A DNA stretch of 64,000 nucleotides from Octopus sinensis (Eukaryota), in contig NC_042998.1 in assembly GCF_006345805.1 (NCBI RefSeq), positions 183,706,001 through 183,770,000 of the forward strand. The letters run 5' to 3'. Under the pieces are notes generated by a model, which was not told where the DNA came from, searched no databases, and saw only the letters and a program-made list of their open reading frames with translations. Of the stretch, positions 25,929 to 39,502 are shown one piece after another (position 1 is the first letter of the stretch; the number at the start of each line of letters is the position of its first letter). Position numbers and translations under genes: made by a program.

Positions 25929-26469
25929 TATTTGAAACTTTTTACAAAATAACCGAAGACTCCTCGGAATCATTTGTTGCGTTGGAAGTTAAAGAAATAA
26001 TTAGTAAATACTTCGGAATTTATGGAAACCAGGAAGATGCTTTGTTTAAACGTAAGAAGAAACACAGCAACAATTTCAAAATAGAGAATGGAATATAAAA
26101 GGTGAATTCGTTCACGATCAATTTCTTCATGGTAAATAATGCATTCACAATCTTCAATAATTTCTCCTTGAAGCATTTTATGAACAATATTATTAAGACT
26201 ACATCAAAAAGAATTGATTTTCTCTTCAAAGCTATGAAAAATTTCAGCCCAGAGCAACTCTTTAGAAGGTCTAAATAATGTTTACAAAGATATCTAACGT
26301 CCGGCATATTGATAATAATGAACGAGATTCTTTCATTGGCTTCCTAATTCGCATTCGAAAGAAAGTTTTCGTTTTCCTTTCTTTAAGGCTTCATTCCCCT
26401 TTTTAAGGGTAACTTATTCTTATTATAAATTTCTGAGCAACCGTTTTTTTTAATATATAGTCAACAACA

Positions 26470-26672
26470 ATGGTTTTGATTTTGGCACTAGGCCAGCAAT
26501 TTTGAAGGGAAGTGATGGGTCAATACCGACGGTTCCAGTACTTTATCTCATCGACCCCGAAAGGAGAAAATGCAAAGCGGACCTCGGTGGGATATGAACT
26601 CAGAGCGTAAAGAATCGAAACACATACCACAAAGCATTTTTTCTTACGCTCTAACGATTCTGCCAGATCGCC
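26470..26672 (-). mobile_element. SINE family B, diverged
   Basis: TCGACCCCGAAAGG core and GAACTCAGA B box (reverse complement). Confidence 0.65.
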
Positions 26673-28559
26673 ACCTTTTCCTTCCACAACAATATCGGAC
26701 ACCTAAACCCCTAAAGCCAATTCGTTGCGCTTTGTGTATCACCACTCATATATCGTTTTAGATGCACATTCGATTATTCTGAGGAACTTCCCTCTCAGTT
26801 TTCAAATTCCACATGGCCAATTTTATTTTACCCATTCCTTCGATTACCACAGATTCTTGGTAGTACCCGTTATCGGACGGGACTATTGTAAAACAATATC
26901 TAGTAAGTTCTGCTTTTCATTTTTAGTTGATCGCTTTCTATTCAAACCTGTTCAGTTGCCAGGTTAGGCAAAGCTAGAGGAGTTAACTACCTATCAAATT
27001 ATGGCGCAATACCCATAACTAGATCCTGTCGAATGATAATTATGCATTTGGCATTTGTGATTATTTATCTTCTGCCATTGACACCCACTGATGTTATTCT
27101 CGCAGTCGTTTCATTCATTTTTACTGAGCTCTATAGAAAATTTATTGCTGTGGAGTAAGTTATAAAATAGAATGAACCAAGATTTTTATGTTAATGATTC
27201 ATTTTATCATTATTTAACGCATTTAGTAAAAGATTTCTAACTCTAATTATAGTCTCTGAAGACATTTAAATTCACAAATATGCAAATACATTAATGGTTC
27301 ATATGATACATGTATTAAAGTGTTTCAGTTTGACAAGAACGTCGGTGGAGAGGGTTATAGATACAACACCCACCCAAAATAGATTGGTAGAAAATAAGAC
27401 AGTGAAAGTCTTTCTTTCATTTCATAGTCCGTAGCTTCCTAGAACAAGTTCCTTAGTCAATGTTGCAATGTTAATCTTTGAATATATTCAAGGAAAGTTT
27501 TGGTTAGAATATGATTTTCATTACACTAAATGCTTTCATCTTTCACTGTAAGTTTGACAAAATCACTACCACAAGCGATGGAGATTAGCATACCAGCTCA
27601 TGTTTAGAACAAAATAATAGATCAGATATTATTATCACCATCATCAAACAAACGCTAAGAGCTTTTCCTCTTTTCAATCGATTGAAAAACTACTAACGCT
27701 CAGTGAAGAAAAAAAACCCCAAAACATACATACACTTTCTATGAATTTCCGCCAGACAGTAATTATTTCTATCTTTAATATGTCGTTTTTACATGATGAC
27801 GATTTTTTAAAGGAATGAAATAGTACAATACTATTACCACCGACAAGAAACTTTGAGAACTTCGTATTAAGCAACAAAAGACAACAACAACAGTTAAATA
27901 TACAAATTCTATGCACTTTTTTTTCTTATAATTTCTTAATTTCAAATTCAAGTTTCTAATCCTGCCAAGAAGAAAGAACTATCTTCCTTGTAGTAACTGC
28001 AACCTGAAGCCAATAGAGAAAAACACGTATTTAAACACAAGATTGATGAAAATCGATTTTTTTTTGTCAATGTTTATATTACACGAATAGTTACACAAAT
28101 GTACCATTGTATGTGCTTATTTTATTTTTACATATAAGTATGAAGGTATATGAGTTCATAGTTCCGAAAGAATATCGGCAATCAACTGAACCGTATTATA
28201 ATCAGTCACAAGTACCACACTGTTTCTACAATCAAGACATTTTACCTTTTCTGACACACTAAAACATTAGAATCTAGGAAAATTAGTAATGTTCTGCGTC
28301 GGCAATAAGTTATATGAATAATTCGAACTATGAAATAAGAGTATGACAACTTATTTATCTCAAAATAAGAACCTAGAATTATACAGAGTGATTTTCTCAG
28401 AGAATTGTAGAGCTCACTCATGTAGACAACAGGAGCTACCTTAACTGTAGGCTCTCGCCTAAACTGGGTTAACGAGAGGATCTAAATGAGCTAGTTCATT
28501 CTGTTAGAGAGAGCAGCTAATCTACCTAAAATCATAATTTTCTGTCGTAAATAAAAACT

Positions 28560-29200
28560 AATCTCTAAGATTGTCAAGAAGGCTGACGGTGTCTTAGCAT
28601 CTCCCAGTAAGACCTTTGTCAGGCGTTCTCTAGCTGTCTATTTAAAACTGTATATGACTATGGTATGTCCACAATTAGGGTCTGTATCACCAGTCTGGAG
28701 CCCATTTCTTGCTCAGTATATCAATCTCCTGGAAGCTGTTCAGAAACGGGCAACCAAACGAATACCCACCGCCAGGCATCTACCATACTCTGAACGTCGT
28801 GCATCCCTGGACATGGACACATTGAAACTCAGACGTTTGGCAACTGATTTGGTAGACACCCACAAGATTATCCACCATCTTTCCAACAACAATCTTGGGC
28901 GCCTTTTTGAATTCCATAATATATCTAACACTCGTGGACATGCTTACAAAATCAAAAAACAGCATAGCTCTCATGACATTCGGAAATATTTTTTCACGCT
29001 CAGAATTACTGAAGCATGGAATAAACTATCTGTATCAGTTGTTTGCTGTCGAGACACTACAACCTTCAAAACTTTCATGCTTCCTGAAATTCTTCAACAG
29101 TATACCTGATGGCTTTTCTTTTCTTTTTTCCTTTTAGTTGTAGTGCACCTAAGCACTGTATACAACAATTTCGTTATGTAATACACTGAACAATGTAATT
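28560..29200 (+). mobile_element. CR1-clade LINE 3' fragment (ORF2 C-terminus)
   Basis: ORF 28654-29109: VWSPFL..INLLEAVQKRATKRIP..LPYSERR..LRRLATDL..TRGHAYKI..RKYFFTLRITEAWNKL. Confidence 0.9.
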
Positions 29201-29725
29201 TCTGATATACAAAGAGACGAGAGAATATTTGCTGAAACGCCTTTGTTGTCATGTCTCGTTCGATCAGGGATGACTTTGAACTAGACAACAATAACCGCAA
29301 CAAGAACAAGAACAATAACGACAGCAGTCACATTTCCTCAAGATTCAATGCAAAATAAAAAAAGATCCGTCTTCTACTACCCAACAGGTTCAATGACTCA
29401 CTATGTGTGTGTGTGTTTGTGTGTGAGAGACGGGAGGAGGAGAGAGGGAGAGAGAGGGATGGAGGGGAGGAGGTCTTATAACACCGAACCATGAAAATGT
29501 TATCTTTTCCTCACCACATAAATATCTCAAGTACTAAATATGTTAACACTGACTTAACCGATTTTTTTTCTTATATGGACAGCGTTTCTGAGTAATTAAT
29601 TAAAAGTCACCAAATCAGATTCGCTTGTCAGTAGTGACGTCTGCGGTTTCTTTTTATTTTCTCCCCAATATAATTGCATTTATATCTGTATATTTATGTA
29701 TGTACTTAACTTTTTATGCATTCCC

Positions 29726-29728
<3 letters not shown>

Positions 29729-29758
<30 letters not shown>

Positions 29759-29908
29759 CATACATACAACGTACGTACGTACATACATACATACATACAT
29801 ACGTACATACATACGTACATACATACACACATACACACACACACGTACATACATACATACGTACGTACATACATGCATACATACATACGTACATATATAC
29901 ATACATGC

Positions 29909-29939
<31 letters not shown>

Positions 29940-30390
29940 CATACATACATACATACATGCATACATACATACATACATACATACATACATACATACATAC
30001 TTCCTACATACATACATACATACATAAATAAGACAGACAGACTACATACATGCATACAGACATCCACATACAACATACATACATATCTACCATACATACA
30101 TACGTACATACATGCATACATACATACATACATATATACATACGTACGTACATAGTACATACATACATACATACAAACATACATACATACATACGTACAT
30201 ACATACATACATACGTACGTACATACATACATACATACATGCATACATACATACATACATACATACATATACATTCATACATACATACATACATACGTAC
30301 ATACATACATATATACATACATACACACACATACATATATACATACATACATACAGACAGACAGATAGATAGATAGATAGATAGATTGAT
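29729..30390. repeat. Long degenerate (TACA)n microsatellite ending in (GATA)n
   Basis: Directly visible. Confidence 0.95.
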
Positions 30391-30614
30391 AAATAGAGAG
30401 TGAGTGGGGAGAGAGCTTGGAGGAGGGGAGAGAGCTAGGGGGAGAGCTAGAAAGAAAGAGATGAATGCTCAGTAATTCAGTGACAAGCGGCTTATTGTCC
30501 ATCGGGTTCCCACTGACAAAATTAAGATTACCGTGAACTGGAACTGAGTCTGATGTCGAGTAAAGAATTAATAAAATGTGTATAAGAGTTCAGATTCTTG
30601 TTCTGCTTGATTTT

Positions 30615-31050
30615 ACTCTTTTACTCTTTTACTTGTTTCAGTCATTTGACTGCGGCCATGCTGGAGCACCGCCTTTTAGTCGAGCAAATCGACCCCGGGG
30701 ACTTATTCTTTGTAAGCCCAGTACTTATTCTATCGGTCTCTTTTTGCCGAACCGCTAAGTGACGGGGGACGTAAACACCCAGCATCGGTTGTCAAACATA
30801 GGGGGACAAACACAGACACACAAACACAACCCACACATACATATATATATTATATAGATATATATCTATATATATCTATATATATATTATATATATACGA
30901 CAGGCTTCTTTCAGTTTCCGTCTACCAAATCCACTCACAAGGCATTGGTCGGCCCGGGGCTATAGCTGCCCAATGCCACGCAGTGGGACTGAACCCGGAA
31001 CCATGTGGTTGGTAAGCAAGCTACTTATCACACAGCCACTCCTGCGCCTA
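30615..31050 (-). mobile_element. SINE family A
   Basis: Matches the other family A copies. Confidence 0.9.
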
Positions 31051-31176
31051 TTTTGTTCTTTTTTATAACGTAACTTTCAGCCCCATTTAACTTGAGACAT
31101 TCATGGAAAACATTTCCTAAACTACAGCTAATCCTGAACCCTGTTTATCTATTCATAAGCTGATTGGTTGGGTTAG

Positions 31177-31875
31177 GCAGCTCGGCAGAAACGTTAGCAC
31201 GCCGGGCGAAATGCGTAGTCGTATTTCGTCTGCCGTTACGTCCTGAGCTCAAATTCCGCCGAGGTCGACTTTGCCTTTCATCTTTCCGGGGTCGATAAAT
31301 TAAGTACCTATTTCTTTATTACCCACAAGGGGCTAAACACAGAGGGGACAAACAAGGACAGACATAGGTATTAAGTCGATTACATCGACCCCAGTGCGTA
31401 ACTGGTACTTAATTTATCGACCCCGAAAGGATGAAAGGCAAAGTCGACCTCGGCGGAATTTGAACTCACAACGTAACGGCAGACGAAATACCTATTCCTT
31501 TATTACCCACAAGGGGCTAAACATAGAGGGAACAAACAAGGACAGACATAGGTATTAAGTCGATTACATCGACCCCAGTGCGTAACTGGTACTTAATTTA
31601 TCGACCCCGAAAGGATGAAAGGCAAAGTCGACCTCGGCGGAATTTGAACTCAGAACGTAACGGCAGACGAAATACCGCTAAGCATTTCGCCCGGCGTGCT
31701 AACGTTTCTGCCAGCTCGCCGCCTTATGTTAAGTACCTTAAGTTATGTTAATTTATGTTAAGTACCTTAAATTAAGTACCAGTAACGCGCTGGGGTCGAT
31801 GTAATCGACTTAATCCGTTTGTTTGTCCTTGTTTGTCCCCTCTATGTTTAGTCCCTTGTGGGTAATAAAGAAACA
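31177..31875. mobile_element. Nested SINE B: a minus-strand dimer (~31308-31727) inserted into a plus-strand copy
   Basis: The plus copy breaks at AAGTACC (~31308) and resumes at ~31768 with AAATTAAGTACCAGT. Confidence 0.85.
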
Positions 31876-32369
31876 GATATGGACTAAATTAAAGTTATGG
31901 GTGTGAGCATACGCGCGCGCTTGTGTGTATAGACAGATAGATAAAGACGGAGAGGTGGATGCTGATGATGCATATACTTAATTTTTTCTTCTTTTTCTTT
32001 TCTCACTTTTTTTCAAGCCTAGCCAGGCTCATGGACCCGGTTTCCCGGTTTCTGTGGCGTATGTGTCCCCACCTCCCCCCAGTTGGACGGGACGCCAGTC
32101 CATCGCAGCGTTACCCAAGAAACAGGAAGAGAGAGTGAGAGAAAGTTGTGGCGAAAGAGTACAAAATATCTTATTGATCAGGCATTTGCTGTTCCTGGAT
32201 AGTAAAGGCGTAGCGTTTTAGGCGAGATGTGATGAATCTATCTGGGGTTCTGGAGAGGTTATTATTCATGTTAGCGCTGATGTTTATTTCTTGCTTGCGG
32301 GACATGTACCCATGCATAACTTTCTGCTGTGTGATTAGTATTATCTAATTACAATACAAAAGACTGGTA

Positions 32370-32816
32370 CTGAGAGAAAGAGAGAGAGAGAGAAAGGAAA
32401 AGAGAGAAAGAGAGAGAGAGAGTGAGAGAAAGAGAGAGAATGAGAGACAGTGTGTGGTGTGTGTGTGTGTGTGAAAGGGAGAGAGAGAGAAAGACAGCGT
32501 GAGAAAGAGAGACAGAACGTGTGTGAGAGATAGAGAGAGAGAGAGAGAGAGAGAAAGAAAGAAAGAGAGAGAATGAAAGACAGTGTGTGTGTGTGTGAAA
32601 GAGAGAGAGAATGAGAGACAGTATGTGTGTGTGTGTGTGTGTGAAAGGGAGAGAGAGAGAAAGACAGCGTGAGAAAGAGAGACAGAACGTGTGTGAGATA
32701 GAGATAGAGAGAGAGAGAGAGAAGAAAGAAAGAAAGAGAGAGAATGAAAGACAGCGTGTGTGTGTTAAAGAGAGAGAGAATGAGAGACAGTGTGTGTGTG
32801 TGTGTGTGTGTGTGTG

Positions 32817-32862
<46 letters not shown>

Positions 32863-32940
32863 CGTGAGAGAAAGAGACAGAACGTGAGAGAGAGAGAGAG
32901 AGAGAGAGAAAGAAAGAGACAGACAGACAGACACAGAGGA
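32370..32940. repeat. Higher-order tandem repeat (~178-bp unit, ~3 copies) built from (GA)n and (GT)n blocks
   Basis: Anchor AAAGACAGCGTGAGA..AGAGACAGAACGTG recurs at ~32490, ~32660 and ~32855. Confidence 0.8.
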
Positions 32941-33149
32941 GTTATGAGTTCCGTGAGATGAAAAATTATTCTAAAATCAAACAACGCGGGAGATAATTCC
33001 GGTAAGATTGGAAGGAGTATCCAGAAGATGGCGAAGAACTAATAAAAGAAATTTAGTTCGGCAACGCACAAGGAAAGGCAGAAAGAGTGTGATGTACGCG
33101 CCAGAGAGTGAAGCACTTTTCATGGACGAAAGAAAACAGAATAGAAAAT

Positions 33150-33570
33150 AGACGTGGCGATCTTTCGTCTCTAGTAGACCTTTCCGTCGATTTCCGTAAA
33201 AAAATATTTTTTTTTTACATATGGGCTTGCGGGAACTTTTGAAGTAATATACATACATATACACTTACACCGAGTAAAAAATTTCAGTTATCTCTTTCTT
33301 TCACACATTACTATGTCTCTTCACACACACTAACAGAAGCACTTCACTTACACAACATACTGTCTGTCTCCCACACCCCATCAAGCACACACATGTACAT
33401 CAACACTTGCCATGCACGGTAACTTCCCTCGTCATAAAATCGCTTTCTCTTAGTCTCTTTCGCTCTCATTACTTCAAAAGTTCCCGCAAGCCCATATGTA
33501 AAAAAAAAAAAAATTTTTACGGAAATCGACGGAAAGGTCTACTAGAGACGAAAGATTGCCAATAGACGTA
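33150..33570. repeat. ~95-bp inverted repeat pair (DNA-transposon-like termini)
   Basis: ~33155-33248 is the reverse complement of ~33468-33561. Confidence 0.7.
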
Positions 33571-34181
33571 TTTCTTTAATATATGCAACTGGTAGAATGT
33601 CCAGAGAGTCCAAGGATGGTGAATCGGATAACATCCACCGAGGAAAGTTGAGTAGGAATGTGTGGTGTGCTAGAGTAAGATGGCAGGAGATGGTGGACAG
33701 TAAAATAGGGGAGAAAGTTACAAAGGGCGAAGGGAGGTAATAAGTATAAGAGGGGCAGGGAGGAGTGAAATATAGCTGTCAAACAAACCGGAAGTGACTG
33801 AGGGAGGAGGAATGTGTGTGAATGTGTGAGTGAATGTATGAGTATGTGTATGTGTGTGCGTGCGTGTGTGTGTATAAGTGAATAAGGGGAATGCGTGAAG
33901 GTGCCAGTGTGTATATGTATGAAGAATGAGTAAGTGGGGGTGTATGTGTCAAAGAGACAACATGGGTGAATAGTGATGTGTGTGTGTGTGTATGAGTATG
34001 TGAGTTTATGTGTGCGAAGAGTAAATATGTATGGGTATGCATGAGTCAAGCAGATGATGTGTGTAAATACGTGTGTGTGTGTGAAGGTGTGTGTGTGTGT
34101 GTGAAGGTGTGTGAAGGTGTGTGTGTATGTGAAGCACGCGGGCGTGTTAAGAGGACAAGGCAGTAGAAGAGATGAGGAATC

Positions 34182-34221
<40 letters not shown>

Positions 34222-34319
34222 CGTGCGTGTGTCTGTGAGGTGTGAAGGTGTAGGGGGAGGGTGATGGAAGAGAAAAATGTTTATGGAAGCGATGACTGAA
34301 TGTTGAGATTAGGTTTGTC

Positions 34320-34935
34320 GCATACAGGTGATTTACCTGCTGCCCTTTCCTTTTTGAGCATCAGACATGTTTGTGTTTATGTCCTGCTCCCGTATTGCAA
34401 AAGCGTATCTTTTAAAGTGAGAACTAATATCTCAGTTGTTAATCCATAACTTTTCTGGACTGCTTTAGCCATCAACGTTGCTGTCACTTTGAAGTTTTCT
34501 GGGAATATAGCCATGCACGACCTTATATTATGTAAACATTTTCTCTTCCAACGGCTTTTTGCTTTAGAATTGTGCGACTTCTCTGGGGGGTCAGAGGATA
34601 CTTTCTGAGAAGTTCCTTTCCAACATTCTGAATGTTATCAGCTTCACGTATGCAGACTTGAACCATAATTGGACTTCAACATTTGGTGGTTAAAATATAT
34701 CGAAGGGATATGATGCCACATTCAAATGCTGTTCGATTTGAGATTAAGCCTCTGCCGCCTTGCTTTCATTTTAAGATGAGGTAGTCAACATCAGTGTTGA
34801 TGTGGAAATTTCTGGTATGGATTAACAATTTTCGAAATCAATAGCTCGAATCTCATCTAGTGTGCAATCAAATAGCTCAAATGTTGGTATGAGCTCTGGC
34901 GCAACAAACGTTGTGGTATATTGATTTATTGTATG
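34320..34935 (-). pseudogene. Degenerate R4/Dong-type LINE internal fragment (post-RT region)
   Basis: Minus strand FVAPELIPTFELFDCTLDEIRAID, RKLLIHTRNFHINTDVDYLILK*KQGGRGLIS matches the RKLLT...H...DVDRLY..RK.GGRGL motif. Confidence 0.65.
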
Positions 34936-36180
34936 TGGAAACTTCCCAGAACTGCATATTATTTATCCTACTATACTTAAACGGCATGCAAAGGTACATC
35001 CCAGTTACAACTACAGCCGGCTATTACCGGTAAAGGATTTAGTTGCCAATTCTGTACAAGACATTGTAGATCTTTAGCTGGGCTAAAAAGTCACATTCGA
35101 TCACAGCACCAGTAACAGTGAAGCTTCGTACAATGGCCATACTCGATAACGAGGGGGCAGCCATAATAATGTATGTATGTATGTATGTATGTATGTATGT
35201 ATGTATGTATGTATGTATGTATGTATGTATGTATGTATACGTGCTTATATTTTAATATATTCGGTTGATGCCTTCTGGGTCGCTACCTGGTGTTTCATGC
35301 ATTCCTGTTTCAAGATATGGTGACTCATAAAAAAGCGCGCCTTACCAAGTCTGGTGTTTACTGCGAAAGTAAATAGTACCAGATTGGTGCTGGTGTGGGA
35401 TAACTGAACTCAGCGGGAAAGTTACTAACTTAAGTCTTTGCTGGGTTTACACTGAGGCCTCTTGATTATAATTTTTGTTTCCATGCTTGGATTTTCTTTT
35501 CTAATACCCCGGCAAACTCAGCTATGAACACAAGGTATACAAGATTAAAACTAGGTCTTCAAGTAAAATTGTTGTTCCTTTTTACCATTTTCTCTACCGT
35601 GCCTCACAGTTGTTGGTTTGTTTTTGCTGTTCTTGAAAACGAATTTTTGAAAGCCCGTAATTGGATCCATTGGCTACCAAAAGCAGAGTCATAAGGAAAT
35701 AATTTATGCCGTGTCTCATACATAACACATTTGCAATAATGTGCTGACATCAAGAATCTACTTTGACTGAGAGTTATTTTTACTTTTTTAATTAAGTTCA
35801 TATTTGTTGAGGATCCTATGTAAGCTTCAACGAATACATGCCTTTTGATTCTATATTGTTTACAGACATCCGAGTTTGCACTAATTAAATTTTAAAATAT
35901 ACACATGTATTTATACAAACATTTATTTATTCTTTGTTTTATGTTATTCTCAGTCGGAATAGGGTGAAGTAAATTGCCCCCTTTCAATAGTAACAGTCAG
36001 AAAACGAAACTACACTTGAATTAGTTCCAAGCAACACAGCATGACGACAGTAACCATGTTTGTGACTATCAGCATGTGTGTATATGAGTATTAGTGGATA
36101 CAAAATGGCTGAATGGTTTGTTTAAAGTTCGTCTCGCGATCACGAGGTCAGGGCTTGACCTCACCACATGGCTTCTTGGC

Positions 36181-36340
36181 ACAAGTGCAATTAGAGTGTA
36201 TGCCGCCCGAGCCGGCCCTTCCGTTTGCCGCCCTCGGACCCCACAAAAAATTCATATTGCCAACAGCAGACCCGAAAGTGCTGCCCCAGGCAGACCGCCC
36301 CAACCGCCCCACCACCCCACCCCGCTAGCGACGCTAGTAA
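36181..36340. mobile_element. GC-rich hAT-type MITE inserted in a degenerate SINE D (~36100-36600)
   Basis: 8-bp direct repeat TTCTTGGC on both sides; GCCGCCC subterminal repeats. Confidence 0.5.
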
Positions 36341-37469
36341 TTCTTGGCAGGTATTTTTAACATAGCTTCGAATCGATCCAAGCCTTGTAATTAAATCTAG
36401 GTAAGTGGAAACTCAGCGGGATGGATTGTGCCTCTAATGTAAAGATCCAGCCTTGTCACATTGATTCTGCTCGAGGACTATTTTAAGGACACGCATGTCG
36501 GTGAAATACTCAGCCACTTACGTGTTAATTCAATTAACAGGTAGTTCGGCTGATTTAACAATTGCATACTCATCGTGGAAATCGACGTAGAACCATTCTT
36601 GTTTAGGAGCTCGTTAATCGATAGTTGTTACAGCTCTTAACGTTCTGAGTTTAAATCCTGTTGAAGTCAACTTTGCCTTTCATCCTTCCGGGGTCGATAA
36701 AATAAGGTACGAGTCAAGTATTAAGTTCGATTATAGTCGATCAATCAACTAATGCCCTCCCAAAATATCTGTGGTCTTTTGCCAATGCGTGAAATCGATA
36801 TTTGTAACGACAGCTGTCGATTCTATATTGGGAAAAATACAGAAATAACAGAACAATAAATTTGAGAATACTAACAGTAAAAATAACAAGAATAATAACA
36901 AAATTAACAACAACAAAGAGAAGAAAACTGTAGTCCGAGGAAATTAGTGATTGCTCTGTGTTGGTAAAAATATAAAAAGTTAATAAAATTATCTGATGTT
37001 TAGGGATTTTAATAACTACACAGGTAACAAGAACGGCAGTAAAATTATAAAGTTACACCCAACAACAGCTGCAACGGGCTAACCGGTGAACCTCTACAGG
37101 GTAACTAAACATGCTAAATATAGCAGTTCATCTCCTTCAAATACTCAAATGTTTTTTAAAAAATGGAAAGAAAAAGACTGAGACATTGAATAATGAAGAT
37201 TAAATAAGACGGAATGGTCATGACGGGAGCGGTTTTGGTCATAGCTTTGCTGTATTTAGAGCTGACTTGAGGTTGGGTTAAACGACGACAACAACAACAA
37301 CAACAGCTCTATGGTAACAACCACAACCACACACACACACACACATGAATAACATATTTACTCGTGTATAACGCGAGAAATTTAATATGGTACCATGAGT
37401 CAAAACTGGAAAAGGGTAAGCATTTGTAGTGACGCTACTGTGTAAGTTTCAGCGTACATGTGCAGAATT

Positions 37470-37520
37470 GGGTTACTTCCGGTTGGCCACCGGAAGTTTC
37501 CTCATGCGCATGCGCAGGAA
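37470..37520. promoter_or_regulatory. Housekeeping-type promoter: inverted pair of ETS/GABP sites and a perfect NRF1 palindrome
   Basis: ACTTCCGG (37475-37482), CCGGAAGT (37490-37497), TGCGCATGCGCA (37505-37516), in CpG-richer non-repetitive sequence. Confidence 0.7.
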
Positions 37521-37721
37521 CTGCAACCTGAAAGCTTGACCACTAAATCAGTCTTTGTGGAAGAGCAGCGCTAGCGATCGGACGTGGCTCGACTTCTCTC
37601 GGAAAACCCTACGCACAGAGAAGCTCTCACTTCGGAGCGGGAACGAACACCGTATCTTCTTGGCTCACACAAGTGAACATCGTAAATAGTCCCGTGGACT
37701 CGGCTGCCGGTTTCCCCACAG
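37520..37721 (+). other. Candidate non-coding first exon ending at donor CAG|GTAAAT
   Basis: GC/CpG-rich stretch directly after the promoter motifs; possible 67-nt intron to TTTTTAG at 37788. Confidence 0.4.
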
Positions 37722-38097
37722 GTAAATAAAAAAAAAAAAAGATAAGTGAATAAAATATATTACAGCTTTTTAGATTACGACTTTTTAGATGCAAAATGTC
37801 TGAGGATGAGGGTGTAGTTGCTTTGTATTTAAGATCGGGTTGTATTCGAATAAATATTGTTACATACATATAAGCGGTCACAAAAGTGACATTAATTACT
37901 ACAGCTGTTACGATAGTGTTAAGGATAGCAAATATAATAATAGTGATGTGTCGCTGGGAAGTGAACATTACTTGACTAGTTCTGATGACTACAAGAAAAA
38001 AGGAAAAAAGAAAAAAGAAAAAAAGCAAGGTTATAAATCAAGTGAACCTCAGAAACGCACAAATTGATGTAGAAAACAGTTGGAAATGAACAATTAT

Positions 38098-38550
38098 AGG
38101 CGTAGGAGTTGCTGTGTGGTAAGTAGCTTGCTTACCAACCACATGGTTCCGGGTTCAGTCCCACTGCGTGGAACCTTGGGCAAGTGTCTTCTACTATAGC
38201 CTCGGGCCGACCAAAGCATTGTGAGTGGATTTGGTAGACGGAAACTGAAAGAAGCCCGTCGTATATATATATATATATATAATATATATATATATATGTG
38301 TGTGTGGTGTGTGTGTGTGTGTGTGTGGTGTGTGTGTGTGTGTGTGTGCTTGTGTTTGTCCCCCCAACATCGCTTGACAACCGATGATGGTGTGTTTACG
38401 TCCCCGTAACTTAGCGGTTCGGCAAAAGAGACCGATAGAATAAGTACTAGGCTTACAAAGAATAAGTCCTGGGTTTGATTTGCGCGACTAAAGGCGGTGC
38501 TCCAGCATGGCCACAGTCACATGACTGAAACAAGTAAAAGAGTAAAGAGT
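38098..38550 (+). mobile_element. SINE family A, full length
   Basis: Matches the other family A copies. Confidence 0.9.
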
Positions 38551-39342
38551 AATTACTTTCCAAATTATATACATACATACATACATACATACATACATAC
38601 ATAGCATTATATATGCATACATTATATATATTATACACACGACAGAACGAGTTTAGCAGTTTAAAAACACCCCTCAAAACCGTTGGAACTGTGCCAGCGA
38701 CCAGGTCGCAGCTGTGCTACGGCAATATTGACACCAAGAAATAAATGAAATGAGAATTTAAGTTTTTGTATTCTTTGCAAATGGTTAAAAATTGTTCTTC
38801 AACGTAATTTACATACATATATTTATTTATATAGGTTGATTTAAAACTTAGATTGCACAACAAATAACCAGTATTTAAAACTCCAAGTGAATTCCCATTC
38901 GTGTTATTGCATTTATATTATTTATAATGAATCCAAAGTTTCACAGAATACATGTAGAAAATAAAACAAAGCATAAAAAGTTGTTTTTAAAATATTTACT
39001 AACATCATCTTACGAACAAAGACTGGATATCAGTTATATAATGCTATTTTAGATAATCAAAATGTATCGTCAAATCTCCAGAGATGTGTAATTTTTAAAC
39101 GTAACATTATTGGATTATTGACGGATGTTACCCTCATAGGGGATAGCAGTCAGATAGTTGCGATCCCCACCTCATTGATGGTAACTCCTGTCAATAACCC
39201 AGTAATATTGTGTTTGAAGGTTACACGTCTCTGAAAATTTGATAATGCATTTTGATTATGCAAAGTAATATTATATAACTAATAATCACTCTTTGTTAAG
39301 GAAATATATGTAAGATGATGCGACTAAATATTTGATAGATAT

Positions 39343-39472
<130 letters not shown>

Positions 39473-39502
39473 CATACATACATTCATACATACATACATA
39501 CA

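Noticed and set aside
25970-26307. Overlapping minus-strand ORFs in unique AT-rich sequence
   Set aside because: No motif or splice support
29625-30502. Stacks of ORFs such as YIHT/MYVC repeats (also 6.4-7.0, 19.9-20.3, 32.3-33.0 and 41.2-42.9 kb)
   Set aside because: Translations of stop-free microsatellites
37840-38067. Lys-rich 75-aa ORF after the promoter
   Set aside because: Starts at TTG with an in-frame stop just upstream; the Lys run derives from an A-rich tract
39053-39233. Candidate exon downstream of the 37.5-kb promoter (TTTTAG|ATAATC..., ~60 open codons)
   Set aside because: No recognisable protein motif; cannot be supported without RNA-seq
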